From: Jiangellales bacterium
GTDB taxonomy: Bacteria; Actinomycetota; Actinomycetes; Jiangellales; Jiangellaceae
NCBI GenBank assembly: GCA_035462845.1
Contig: DATHTV010000119.1
Coordinates: forward strand, 1 to 48,360
DNA length: 48,360 nt
Direction of reading: 5' to 3'
Below, piece after piece: positions 35,857 through 47,184 of this stretch; the stretch's first letter is position 1, and each line of letters opens with the position of its first letter. The translations under genes and the position numbers were made by a program. The notes under the pieces are model-generated. The model was not told the DNA's origin, did no database searches, and was given only the letters and a program-made list of their open reading frames with translations.

Positions 35857-36749
35857 GCCTGTCCTCCTGGGGTCGCCGTGTCCGCGGGCACCGGGCCATC
35901 GGGCACCGGGTCGTCGGCGTCGAACTCGTCGCCGACCTCGGGGGCGCCGTCCTCGGCGGCGATCCACCGTACGGTGAGCTCGCCGAGGGGCGTCAGCTGG
36001 TCGAAGCTCACGGCGCGTTCCCGGTACAGCTCCAGCAGGGCGAGGAACCGTGCGACCACGTGCAGCGTGGTCGGGCAGTCTGCGGACAGCGCGCGGAAGG
36101 TCGCGGTCCCGCCGCGGCGCAGGCGGTCCACGAGCACCGCCGCCTGCTCCCGGACGCTGACCTGCGGCTGGTGCAGGTGGTCGGTCGGCACCGACGGGCG
36201 CGGTCTCGGTGTCGACACCCGCGCGGCGATGGCCGCCAGCTCGGCGGGCCCGAGCCCGACCACCACCTCGGGCAGGAGCGCGGCGAAGCGCTCCTCGAGG
36301 CCGACGACCCGGGGGAACCGCCGAGCCTCGTCGACCAGCCGCCCGGCCAGGTGACCGGCCACCTGCTTGTACGCCCGGTACTGCAGCAGCCGGGCGAAGA
36401 GCAGGTCACGCGCCTCGAGCAGGGCGAGGTCCTCCTCGTCCTCGACCTGGCCGGTCGGGAGCAGCCGGGCCGCCTTGAGGTCGAGCAGCGTGGCCGCGAT
36501 GACGAGGAACTCACTGGCCTGGTCCAGGTCCCACTCCGAGCCCCGCGCGCGGATGTGGGCGATGAAGTCGTCGGTGACCTTGGACAGCGCCACCTCGGTG
36601 ACGTCCAGCTTGTGCTTGGCGATGAGACCCAGCAGCAGGTCGAACGGGCCGTCGAAGACGTCGAGGTGCACCTCGAACGGACCGCTCGGACCGGGAGGGT
36701 CCGAGTCCTCCTCGGCGGGAGGGGAGCTGCCGGGCACCCGGTCAGTCAA
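35853..36749 (-). CDS. scpA: Segregation and condensation protein A
   Basis: Contains FEVHLDVFDGPFDLLLGLIAKHKLDVTEVALSKVTDDFIAHI. The start is TTG 36749 (overlapping the upstream stop, TTGA) or GTG 36737. Confidence 0.9.
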   Translation of the reverse strand: MTDRVPGSSPPAEEDSDPPGPSGPFEVHLDVFDGPFDLLLGLIAKHKLDVTEVALSKVTDDFIAHIRARGSEWDLDQASEFLVIAATLLDLKAARLLPTGQVEDEEDLALLEARDLLFARLLQYRAYKQVAGHLAGRLVDEARRFPRVVGLEERFAALLPEVVVGLGPAELAAIAARVSTPRPRPSVPTDHLHQPQVSVREQAAVLVDRLRRGGTATFRALSADCPTTLHVVARFLALLELYRERAVSFDQLTPLGELTVRWIAAEDGAPEVGDEFDADDPVPDGPVPADTATPGGQA

Positions 36750-37045
36750 GCACCCGTCCGGCGCAGCCGGTTCACCAGCACGCTGTCGGCGCCGCGCCCC
36801 TCGAGGTCGGCGAGCATGATCGCGACGGCCTCCCGGACCAGCCGCCCGCGGTCGACCTTGACCCCGTGCTGCCGGCCGAGACCGAGCCGGGCGAGCTCGA
36901 GCTCGTGCAGCTCGTCGGAGGACAGGTAGACGGTGATCTTCTCGTCATGCCGGACCCGGCCGCTCGAGGTCGCCGGGCGCACCTCGGGCATGCCGGGGAT
37001 CGGCACCTCGTCCGGGACCGCTCGGAGCCGGGAGTCACCGCTCAC
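36746..37045 (-). CDS. 99-aa hypothetical protein with a ribbon-helix-helix-like C-terminal half
   Basis: GTG 37045 overlaps the parA-like stop (GTGA) and the stop overlaps the scpA TTG. Product: ..RHDEKITVYLSSDELHELELARLGLGRQHGVKVDRGRLVREAVAIMLADLE.. (a beta-alpha-alpha pattern by eye). The rest of ORF 36746..37363 is antisense junk. Confidence 0.55.
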   Translation of the reverse strand: MSGDSRLRAVPDEVPIPGMPEVRPATSSGRVRHDEKITVYLSSDELHELELARLGLGRQHGVKVDRGRLVREAVAIMLADLEGRGADSVLVNRLRRTGA

Positions 37046-38175
37046 GAGTCCCACCGGTGCAGGACCTCGCGAGCCAGCGTGCGGTACGCGTCGGCGCCGG
37101 GCGAGGCCGGCGCGTACGACGTGATCGGTGTCTGGGCGACCGTGGACTCGGGGAAGCGGACTGTCCGGGAGACGACCGTGTGGAACACCTTGTCGCCGAA
37201 CGCCTCCACGAGCCGGTGCACGACCTCCCGGGCGTGGACGGTCCGGCTGTCGTACATCGTGGCGAGGAGGCCGTCGATGACCAGCCGCTCGTTGAGCCGC
37301 TCGCCGACCTTGTCGATCGTCTCCTGGAGCAGAGCCACGCCGCGCAGCGCGAAGAACTCGCACTCGAGCGGGACGATCACGCCGTCGGCGGCGGTGAGGG
37401 CGTTGATGGTGAGCAGGCCGAGTGACGGCTGGCAGTCGACCAGGACGACGTCGTACTCGGGCAGCAGCGGCGCGAGCGCCCGCCGGAGGACGTGCTCACG
37501 TGCCACCTCGCTGACCAGCTGCACCTCGGCCGCGGAGAGGTCGATGTTGCTGGGCAGCAGGTCCATGCCCGGGACGTTGGTCTTGAGCAGGACGTCCGCC
37601 GCCGAGGTGGACCTCTCCATCAGGACGTTGTAGACCGACAGGTCGCGCTCGTGCGGGTTGACACCGAGGCCGACGGACAGCGCCCCCTGCGGGTCGAAGT
37701 CCACGAGCAGGACGCGCCGGCCGTAGCCGGCGAGCGAGGCGCCCAGGTTGATCGTCGAGGTCGTCTTGCCGACGCCGCCCTTCTGGTTGCACATCGCCAC
37801 GACCCGGGCCGGTCCGTGGTGGTGCAGCACCGGCGGCTCGGGGAAGTGCGGCAGCGGGCGACCGGTGGGCCCCACGGCTCCTCCCGCGACCGTGTCCAGG
37901 AGGGCGTCCGCGGCGGTGTCCGGGGACGTGTCCAGCGCCTCGTCCGGGCCCACTCCGTCAGGGGTCCTGTCGAGGGTCAGGTCACCCTCGACGGCCGGGT
38001 CGCCGACGCCGCGGTCCGGGGTCCGGGCGCGCAGGACCGGCCCGCCCGCACGGGAGGCCGCGGCCCGCGCTCCGCGGAGCGTCACCGGCGGCACCGCGGG
38101 CGTCGCGCCGGGTGGGGCCGGGGGGTGGGCGATCGCCGGGGCCGCCGCCCGGGGGTGCTGGGTCGACATGTCCAC
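37042..38175 (-). CDS. ParA/Soj-family ATPase (orphan, Rv1708/PldP-like) with a ~110-aa Pro/Ala-rich N-terminal extension
   Basis: Contains VVAMCNQKGGVGKTTSTINLGASLA (deviant Walker A), VLLVDFDPQG and DVVLVDCQPSLG. The start is GTG 38175 or ATG 38169. Confidence 0.85.
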   Translation of the reverse strand: MDMSTQHPRAAAPAIAHPPAPPGATPAVPPVTLRGARAAASRAGGPVLRARTPDRGVGDPAVEGDLTLDRTPDGVGPDEALDTSPDTAADALLDTVAGGAVGPTGRPLPHFPEPPVLHHHGPARVVAMCNQKGGVGKTTSTINLGASLAGYGRRVLLVDFDPQGALSVGLGVNPHERDLSVYNVLMERSTSAADVLLKTNVPGMDLLPSNIDLSAAEVQLVSEVAREHVLRRALAPLLPEYDVVLVDCQPSLGLLTINALTAADGVIVPLECEFFALRGVALLQETIDKVGERLNERLVIDGLLATMYDSRTVHAREVVHRLVEAFGDKVFHTVVSRTVRFPESTVAQTPITSYAPASPGADAYRTLAREVLHRWDS

Positions 38176-38222
38176 GAGCCGTCAGAGCTCCTTGCCGTCG
38201 TGTCGACATGTGTACGTCCGTG

Positions 38223-38251
38223 ACGCTAGGGAGCGGCCCGGATGCGTTCAA
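38223..38251 (-). promoter_or_regulatory. Sigma-A-like promoter for the parA-like/scpAB operon
   Basis: Minus strand: TTGAAC (38251-38246), 17-nt spacer, TAGCGT (38228-38223). It sits in a locally AT-richer stretch that also holds the palindrome TGTCGACA. Confidence 0.5.
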
Positions 38252-38299
38252 GGAGGCGCGCCGAGGGCCTGCCGTCAGGACTACCCGGCCCGGGCGCCG

Positions 38300-39235
38300 T
38301 CAGGCGGTGGCACGGGGGTGGGCGGCCGCGTAGACCTCGCGCAGCCGGTCGACGGTGACGAGGGTGTAGACCTGCGTCGTCGTCACGGAGGCGTGCCCCA
38401 GCAGCTCCTGGACCACCCGGACGTCCGCGCCGCCGTCGAGGAGATGCGTGGCGAAGGAGTGCCGCAGCGTGTGTGGGGACACGTCACCCCGGACCCCGGC
38501 CCGGGTCGCCGTCGTGCGCAGCACGGTCCAGGCGCTCTGCCGCGACAGCCGGCCCCCGCGGGCGTTGAGGAACAGGGCCGGTGTCCCCCGTCCCGCGGCG
38601 GCGAGGTGAGGTCGCGAGCGGACGAGATAGGCCTGGACCGCCTCGAGCGCGAACCTGCCCACCGGGACCACCCGGTCCTTGCCGCCCTTCCCGCGCAGCA
38701 GGGCGGCACCCGACTCGAGGTCCAGGTCGTCGCGGTCGAGGCCGACCGCCTCGGAGATGCGCGCACCCGTCCCGTACAGCAGCTCGAGCAGGGCGCGGTC
38801 GCGGACCGGCAGCGGCCCCTCCGCCGCCGAGGCCGCCGCCAGCAGCCGCTCGACCTCGTCGACCGACAGCGCCTTGGGCAGCCGCCGCGGGGGCGCCGGA
38901 GGTCGTACGTCGCGTGCCGGGTCCTGCTCGGTCACGCCCTCGCGGAGCAGGAAGCGGTGCAGCCCGCGGACCGCGACCACCGTGCGGGCAGCGGAGCTGG
39001 CCCCGAGCGGGACGCGCCCCTCGCCGCCCTCGCGCAGCGAGCGCAGGAAGGCAGTGACGTCCGCCTCCCCGGCGACGGTGACGGCCACGCCCCGGCCGGC
39101 GAGGAAGCCGGCGTAGCGACGCAGGTCCCGGCGGTAGGACGCCAGCGTGTTGGCCGCCAGTCCACGCTCGACGGCCAGGTGGTCGAGGTAGTCCTCGACC
39201 GGACGCGGCAGGCCGCCGCCACCGGCTGCCGTCAG
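38300..39235 (-). CDS. xerD: Tyrosine recombinase XerD (start codon uncertain)
   Basis: Contains [82 protein letters not shown]. No ATG/GTG/TTG exists in frame between the conserved N-terminus and more than 100 nt into ald, so the 5' end is drawn at CTG 39235. Confidence 0.8.
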   Translation of the reverse strand: MTAAGGGGLPRPVEDYLDHLAVERGLAANTLASYRRDLRRYAGFLAGRGVAVTVAGEADVTAFLRSLREGGEGRVPLGASSAARTVVAVRGLHRFLLREGVTEQDPARDVRPPAPPRRLPKALSVDEVERLLAAASAAEGPLPVRDRALLELLYGTGARISEAVGLDRDDLDLESGAALLRGKGGKDRVVPVGRFALEAVQAYLVRSRPHLAAAGRGTPALFLNARGGRLSRQSAWTVLRTTATRAGVRGDVSPHTLRHSFATHLLDGGADVRVVQELLGHASVTTTQVYTLVTVDRLREVYAAAHPRATA

Positions 39236-40347
39236 AGCAGCACCTCGTCGAGCTCGCGGTGGGGGAGCTCGTGCGCCTCGCCGACAGGCCCGTACGTGAC
39301 CTCGCCGTCGTGGGTGTTGAGGCCCAGCGCCAACGCGGGGTCGGCCCTCAGCGCGTCGCGCCAGCCCCGGTTGGCCAGCTCGACCGCGTACGGCAGGGTC
39401 ACGTTGGTCAGGGCGTACGTGGAGGTGAACGGCACCGCCCCGGGCATGTTGGCCACGCAGTAGAAGATCGAGTCGTGCACCCGGTAGGTGGGGTTGTCGT
39501 GGGTGGTGGGTCGGGAGTCCTCGAAGCACCCGCCCTGGTCGATGGCGATGTCGACGAGCACGCTGCCGGGGCGCATCCGCGACACCAGCTCGTTGGAGAC
39601 CAGCGTCGGCGCCTTCGCGCCCGGGACCAGGACGGCCCCGATCACCAGGTCGGCGTCGAGCACCGCGCGCTCCACCTCGTAGAGGTTGGACGCGATGGTC
39701 TGGGCGTGCCCCTGGTAGATGCGGTCGACGTCGCGCAGCTTGGCCACGTTGCGGTCCAGGATCCAGACGTCGGCCTGCATCCCGAGCGCGATGACTGCGG
39801 CGTTCATGCCGGAGACGCCGGCCCCGAGCACCACGACCTTGGCTGCCTTGACCCCCGAGACGCCGCCCATGAGCACCCCGCGACCGCCCTGCGCGCGCTC
39901 GAGGGCGTGCGCACCGACCTGGGTGGCCATCCGACCGGCCACCTCGCTCATGGGTGCCAGCAGCGGCAGCGACAGGTCGGGCAGCTGCACGGTCTCGTAC
40001 GCGATCCCGGTGATGCCCGCGTCGAGCATCGCCTGGGTGCAGTCCCGCGAGGCCGCCAGGTGCAGGTAGGTGAAGAGCACCTGGTCGCGGCGCATGCGGT
40101 GGTACTCCTCGGCGACCGGCTCCTTGACCTTGAGGACGAGGTCGGCCTCGCCCCAGACGTCGTCGGCGGTGTCGAGGATGCGTGCGCCCGCCGCGACGTA
40201 CTCCTCGTCGGTGATCGACGAGCCCTCGCCGGCGCTCTTCTGGACGAACACGTCGTGGCCGTTGCGGCTGAGCTCGTTGACGCCTGCCGGGGTGATGGCC
40301 ACGCGGTACTCGTGGTTCTTGACCTCGCTGGGGATGCCGACCTTCAC
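39232..40347 (-). CDS. ald: L-alanine dehydrogenase
   Basis: Contains [51 protein letters not shown]. 371 aa. Confidence 0.95.
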   Translation of the reverse strand: MKVGIPSEVKNHEYRVAITPAGVNELSRNGHDVFVQKSAGEGSSITDEEYVAAGARILDTADDVWGEADLVLKVKEPVAEEYHRMRRDQVLFTYLHLAASRDCTQAMLDAGITGIAYETVQLPDLSLPLLAPMSEVAGRMATQVGAHALERAQGGRGVLMGGVSGVKAAKVVVLGAGVSGMNAAVIALGMQADVWILDRNVAKLRDVDRIYQGHAQTIASNLYEVERAVLDADLVIGAVLVPGAKAPTLVSNELVSRMRPGSVLVDIAIDQGGCFEDSRPTTHDNPTYRVHDSIFYCVANMPGAVPFTSTYALTNVTLPYAVELANRGWRDALRADPALALGLNTHDGEVTYGPVGEAHELPHRELDEVLL

Positions 40348-40521
40348 GGGGATCGCGACCCTTCGCCGTCACGCCGGGCGCCGTTGCCGGGCGACCGCCC
40401 GCTCGGGCGGCGGCGCCGAGTCTAGTGTCGCGCGCCACACCCGGGGCCAGGGGTGGACCACGCGCCTGAGGGAGCGGCCGGCCGGCCGACGCCGTGGACC
40501 GCCAGGTGATAGGACCGCACC

Positions 40522-41136
40522 GTGCCGATCTACGCAGACCTCCCCGTGCGCCGGGTGCAGCAGGTGCTCGCCGACGTCCTGGGGCTCGCCTGGTGCCTGC
40601 TCACCCTGGTCGTCGCTGACGCCGTGCACGACTCGATCGCGTCGCTGGCCGCACCCGGGGAGCGCCTCGAGGAGTCCGGGCAGGGACTCGCGGACGGGCT
40701 GAGCCGGACCGCCGACCGGCTCGGGGGCATCCCCTTCGTCGGCGACGACGCGGCAGCCCAGGCGCAGCGCGCCGCCGACGCCGCCGCGGGCGTCGCGGAG
40801 GTCGGGCGCACCACGCAGGACTACGCGACCCAGGCCGCGGTGGTCGCCGGGGTGTCGCTGGCGCTCGGGGCGATCGCCCTGGCGGTCGCCGTGTGGGTGC
40901 TGCCCCGGGCGCGCTGGATTCACCGGGCCGGCCAGGCCCGGGCGGCGATGCGCGACGAGGACGGGGCCGACCTGCTGGCGCTCCGCGCGCTGGCCACGGC
41001 TCCGGTGGGCGAGGTAGCCGGCCTGGGCGAGGGGCTGATGGAGGCGTGGCGGCGCGGCGACCCCGACGCGGTGCGGCGGCTCGCCTCGTACGAGCTCTCC
41101 CGGCTCGGTCTCGCCCCGGACGCACCCGGTCGGTGA
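40522..41136 (+). CDS. Hypothetical membrane protein (two predicted TM segments), 204 aa
   Basis: GTG start. TM-like segments [21 protein letters not shown] and [23 protein letters not shown]. No family recognised. It is the lone plus-strand gene in a minus-strand block. Confidence 0.5.
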   Translation: MPIYADLPVRRVQQVLADVLGLAWCLLTLVVADAVHDSIASLAAPGERLEESGQGLADGLSRTADRLGGIPFVGDDAAAQAQRAADAAAGVAEVGRTTQDYATQAAVVAGVSLALGAIALAVAVWVLPRARWIHRAGQARAAMRDEDGADLLALRALATAPVGEVAGLGEGLMEAWRRGDPDAVRRLASYELSRLGLAPDAPGR

Positions 41137-41142
41137 GGAGGG

Positions 41143-43592
<2,450 letters not shown>

Positions 43593-44687
43593 TCAGCCGG
43601 CCAGCCCGGCATACACGGCGGCGACCTGGCGAGCCGTGTCGTCCTCGTCCGGCCACCCCCGCGCCCGTACGGAGGCGGCCGCGGCCAGCCGGGTGCGCAG
43701 CGGCTCGTCGGCGAGCAACCGGTCGACGGCTCCGGCCACGGCGGCCGGGTCACCCGGACGGACCAGCACCGCCGTGTCGCCCATGAGCTCCGGGACGCCC
43801 CCCACGGCGGTAGCCACCACGGGGAGCCCGGCCCGGGCCGCCTCCTGCAGGACGAGGGCCCGCGCCTCCCAGTGGCTGGTGAGCACGTAGACGTCGGCGG
43901 CGGCCAGCAGGTCGGTGACGTCCGACCGTCGCCCGAGCAGCCGGACCGGCAGCCGCTCGGTACCGATGCGCCGCTGCAGGTCGGCCTGCAAGGGTCCCTC
44001 CCCGGCCACGAGCACCAGCGGGGCCGGCTCACGGGTCCGCCAGCGCCGCGCGGCGTCGAGCAGCGTGCCGTAGTCCTTCTGCGGGGCCAGTCGGCCGACG
44101 GCCAGGACGAGGGGGCGGTCACCGGCACCCAGCTCCGCCCGGACCTCCGCCCTCGACCGCCGGGGCGGCGGCAGCGGGGCGGCCGCCCCCGGACCGGGAC
44201 GGGCGTCGGGCGTGCCGAGCGCGGGGGCCCGGGCCACCAGGTCGTTGCTGGCACCCAGGGTCACGTCGGCCCGGCGCGCGGCCAGCCGCTCCAACCCGGC
44301 GAGGACCCGTCGGCGGGCCCCGCTGCCGAGGACCGCGTTGTGCCAGGTGGCGACCAGCGGCGTGCGCCCCGGGCGACGGCGGCCGAGGGCCAGGCCGGCG
44401 AAGGCGGCGGCGCGGAAGCCGTGCGCGTGCACGACGTCGGCCCCCCGCAGCAGGATCCGCAGGCCCCGGACCGCCCCGAGGTCGGCGGCCGGCCGTGGTG
44501 CCGTGGCGATGTCCAGCGGCGTGAACGCGGCTCCCCCCGCGCCGAAGCCGAACCTGTCGTCCGTGGCGGGCGGGCCGACGACGGTCACGTCCCACCCGAG
44601 CCCGGGCAACCTGTCGACGAGCGACCGGACGTGCTGGCCGACGCCGCCGGTGCTCGTGCCCAGGACCAGGTGGACCCGCACGGTCAC
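43593..44687 (-). CDS. GT4-family (GT-B) glycosyltransferase, 364 aa
   Basis: GTG 44687 overlaps the murJ stop (GTGA). Contains VRVHLVLGTSTGGVGQHV and the E-x7-E region [29 protein letters not shown]. Confidence 0.8.
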   Translation of the reverse strand: MTVRVHLVLGTSTGGVGQHVRSLVDRLPGLGWDVTVVGPPATDDRFGFGAGGAAFTPLDIATAPRPAADLGAVRGLRILLRGADVVHAHGFRAAAFAGLALGRRRPGRTPLVATWHNAVLGSGARRRVLAGLERLAARRADVTLGASNDLVARAPALGTPDARPGPGAAAPLPPPRRSRAEVRAELGAGDRPLVLAVGRLAPQKDYGTLLDAARRWRTREPAPLVLVAGEGPLQADLQRRIGTERLPVRLLGRRSDVTDLLAAADVYVLTSHWEARALVLQEAARAGLPVVATAVGGVPELMGDTAVLVRPGDPAAVAGAVDRLLADEPLRTRLAAAASVRARGWPDEDDTARQVAAVYAGLAG

Positions 44688-46336
44688 TCCTCCCCCGCTC
44701 CGCCGCTCGCCCGGCTCCCCGGCGCCCGCTGAGCAGCCCGGTCCCGGCGCCGGTCCAGGACGGACCGCAGCGTACGGCGGTCGCCCAGCGCCGCCACGCC
44801 GCCGACCACGGCGGCGGCCACGGCGGCCACGAGCACGCCGGTGAGCACGGTGCCGAGCCGGCCCGCGGTGGGCAGCAGTGCGAGGACGCCCACGCCGGCG
44901 GCCGTGCCGGCGATCGCGGCCGTCAGGGCAGCGGCGGTGGTCCGGCCCAGACCGCTGAGCGCGGCCGCACCGGCATGGACCCACAGCGCCCGCACGAGCA
45001 GGAGGCCGGCCACCGTCATCCCGATCGTGTTGCCCAGCCCGAGAGCGGCCACCGTCCAGCCCGGCTCGGCGACCGCCGTCAGCGCCAGGTCGGCCAGGAC
45101 CACGACGGCCCAGCCGCTGACGGTCGCCACGGCCACGTGGCGGCCCGCCCCCCGGGCGTACAGCGCCCGGCCCAGGTGCGCCACCAGGCCGTACCCGACG
45201 AGCCCCGGAGCGAAGGCGACGAGGGCCCTGGCCATCTCCTGAGCCGGCACGTCGCCCTGCCCGATCAGCTCGAAGAACCGGGCGACCGGGACCGCGGTCG
45301 CGGCGAGGACCGCGGCACCGGCGGCACTGACGAGCACCACCGCGCGCGTGGTCACCGCAGCCACCCGGGCGTACTCGGTCTCGGCGCCCGACTCGGCCCG
45401 GTCGGACAGCCGTGGGAAGGCGGCCGTCGCGATCGGCACCGCCAGCACGGCGTACGGGAGCAGGTAGACCATCCACGAGTTCTGGAAGGTGACGATGGCG
45501 CCGGTGCCGCCGCGGTCGTTGGACAGCCGCAGCACCACGACCATCGCGGCCTGCTGGGCCAGCAGCACCGCCAGGCCGGAGGCAGCCAGGGTACGGGCCC
45601 GGCGTGCCGTGCCAGCGGGGAAGGCCAGCCGCGGGCGGCCGAGCCACCCCCGGCGCCCGGCGGGGACGAGGGTCGTGGCGGCCAGGGCCAGGACCCCGAG
45701 CGTGGTGCCGACGGACAGCAGCAGCTCCTCGGCCCGCGGCAGGCCCGCCAGGTCGTCTCGCGGCGTCGTGGTGGTGGCGCCGAAGGCCAGGTAGGTCAGC
45801 GCCACCACCGCGCTGGACACGACGGGGGCCACCGCCGCCGCGAGGAAGCGCCGGTGGGCCTGGAGAACGCCGGCGCTGACCACGGCGAGGCCGTACGCGG
45901 GTACCTGGGGCAGGAAGACCAGCAGCATCCTGGTGCCCATCTCCACCGCGGCCGGGTCGGCCGTTCCGCCGAGCAGCCAGCTCATCACCGGCCGTGCCAG
46001 CAGCGCGCCGACCAGGGCCACCGGGAGCAGCACGGCGAGGGTCCAGCCGAGGAGCGCCCCGCTGGTGCGGCGCACCCGGTCGGTGTCGCCCTGCACGGCG
46101 GCCCGGGAGAGCAGCGGCACCACCACGCCGGCGAGGGCACCCCCGGCGACGACCTCGAAGAGGATGTTGGGGACGTAGTTGGCCGTGGTGTAGACCTCGC
46201 CCAGCGGCGTCTGGCCGACCGTCGACTGGAAGACCAGCTGGCGGAGGAAGCCGACGACCCGGGCGACGACGGTGACGGCGCCGACCAGGGCCGCGCCGCC
46301 GGCGATCCCGGTGGCGACGCGGCGCGCCGGGCTCAC
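44684..46336 (-). CDS. murJ: MurJ/MviN-family (MOP superfamily) lipid-linked glycan flippase, 550 aa
   Basis: Contains VARVVGFLRQLVFQSTVGQTPLGEVYTTANYVPNILFEVVAGGALAGVVVPLL and about 14 hydrophobic segments. The GTG overlaps the upstream stop. Confidence 0.8.
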   Translation of the reverse strand: MSPARRVATGIAGGAALVGAVTVVARVVGFLRQLVFQSTVGQTPLGEVYTTANYVPNILFEVVAGGALAGVVVPLLSRAAVQGDTDRVRRTSGALLGWTLAVLLPVALVGALLARPVMSWLLGGTADPAAVEMGTRMLLVFLPQVPAYGLAVVSAGVLQAHRRFLAAAVAPVVSSAVVALTYLAFGATTTTPRDDLAGLPRAEELLLSVGTTLGVLALAATTLVPAGRRGWLGRPRLAFPAGTARRARTLAASGLAVLLAQQAAMVVVLRLSNDRGGTGAIVTFQNSWMVYLLPYAVLAVPIATAAFPRLSDRAESGAETEYARVAAVTTRAVVLVSAAGAAVLAATAVPVARFFELIGQGDVPAQEMARALVAFAPGLVGYGLVAHLGRALYARGAGRHVAVATVSGWAVVVLADLALTAVAEPGWTVAALGLGNTIGMTVAGLLLVRALWVHAGAAALSGLGRTTAAALTAAIAGTAAGVGVLALLPTAGRLGTVLTGVLVAAVAAAVVGGVAALGDRRTLRSVLDRRRDRAAQRAPGSRASGGAGEE

Positions 46337-47184
46337 CGATCCGCCGGCAGCCGGCCGAGCTCGTCGAGCCGGCGCAGCGGCGGCGTGCGGGCGATGACGT
46401 CGGTGAAGCTGACCCGTTCACTCGCGGCGGTGACGGCCACGAGCAGAGCGAGGTGGACCACCCGGGCGGCCCGGCCCTCGCCGGCCACCATGGCGAGTCC
46501 GAGCACTGCGCCCAGGGCGTTGGCCCCGGCGTCGCCGAGCATGGTCCGCTCCCGGAGGTCGTCGGGCAGGAGCGCGGCCGCCGCCCCGACGGCTGCCGCG
46601 GCCAGCGGGCCGGCCGGTGCCGACGCCGCGACGAGCGGCAGGTGCAGCAGCCCGGCCTTGGCCGCCCGTCCCGGGCGCAGGTCGAGCAGGTTGAGCAGGT
46701 TGGCGGTCCCCGCCACGACGGCGCCTCCGACGACCGCGTCGACCGGGTCGTCGGAGACCAGCGCCGCGGCGGCGAGGCCGGCGGCGCCGATGCCCACGAT
46801 CTTGACGACCCCCGTGGTCACCTCGCCGCGCCGTAGCGCGGAGAGGTGTCCGCGGAAGCCCTTGCTCGTCCCGGCGCCGGCGAGGTCGTCGTAGCCGCCG
46901 GTGGCACCGGCCGCGGCGGCGAGGAGGACGCCGGCTGCGCGGTGCGCCGGTCGCAGCCCCGGCGCCAGGGCCACCCCCGCCGCTGCCCCGGCCGCCAGCG
47001 CCGGGCCCGCCGCCAGGGTGACCTCCCGGCCTCGGTGGTTGACGCGGGTCCACCGGTCGCGACCCCCGGGAGCACGTCGCTCCAGGGTCTGCCGGGCCTG
47101 CCGGGCAGTCACGGCGGCGACCGCGCCGGCCACGAGGACCCCTGCGGCGCCCCGGAGCGGAGCCCGGCCGGTCACCGACGTCAC
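46333..47184 (-). CDS. Short, divergent MraY/WecA-like (polyprenyl-phosphate sugar-phosphate transferase family) membrane protein, 283 aa
   Basis: Contains GGYDDLAG..SKGFRGHL (DD..K motif), NLLNLLDLRPGRA (compare N..N..DG.DGLA) and GDAGANALG (compare GD.GS..LG). GTG 47184 overlaps the upstream stop. Confidence 0.6.
   Translation of the reverse strand: MTSVTGRAPLRGAAGVLVAGAVAAVTARQARQTLERRAPGGRDRWTRVNHRGREVTLAAGPALAAGAAAGVALAPGLRPAHRAAGVLLAAAAGATGGYDDLAGAGTSKGFRGHLSALRRGEVTTGVVKIVGIGAAGLAAAALVSDDPVDAVVGGAVVAGTANLLNLLDLRPGRAAKAGLLHLPLVAASAPAGPLAAAAVGAAAALLPDDLRERTMLGDAGANALGAVLGLAMVAGEGRAARVVHLALLVAVTAASERVSFTDVIARTPPLRRLDELGRLPADR

Noticed and set aside
38300-39235. XerD as the integrase of the tRNA-Pro-adjacent accessory segment
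   Set aside because: It lies about 8 kb from the tRNA, inside the conserved nudix-xerD-parA-scpAB order, and has housekeeping XerD motifs. No phage-type integrase is present near the tRNA.
38300-40438. 712-aa ORF spanning ald and xerD
   Set aside because: The upstream 400 codons are an alternative frame of ald, and the true ald frame at 39232..40347 is unambiguous. Only the last ~311 codons are XerD.
43593-46421. 942-aa ORF spanning murJ and the glycosyltransferase
   Set aside because: The N-terminal part is an out-of-frame reading of murJ (true frame 44684..46336). The GT4 gene starts at GTG 44687.
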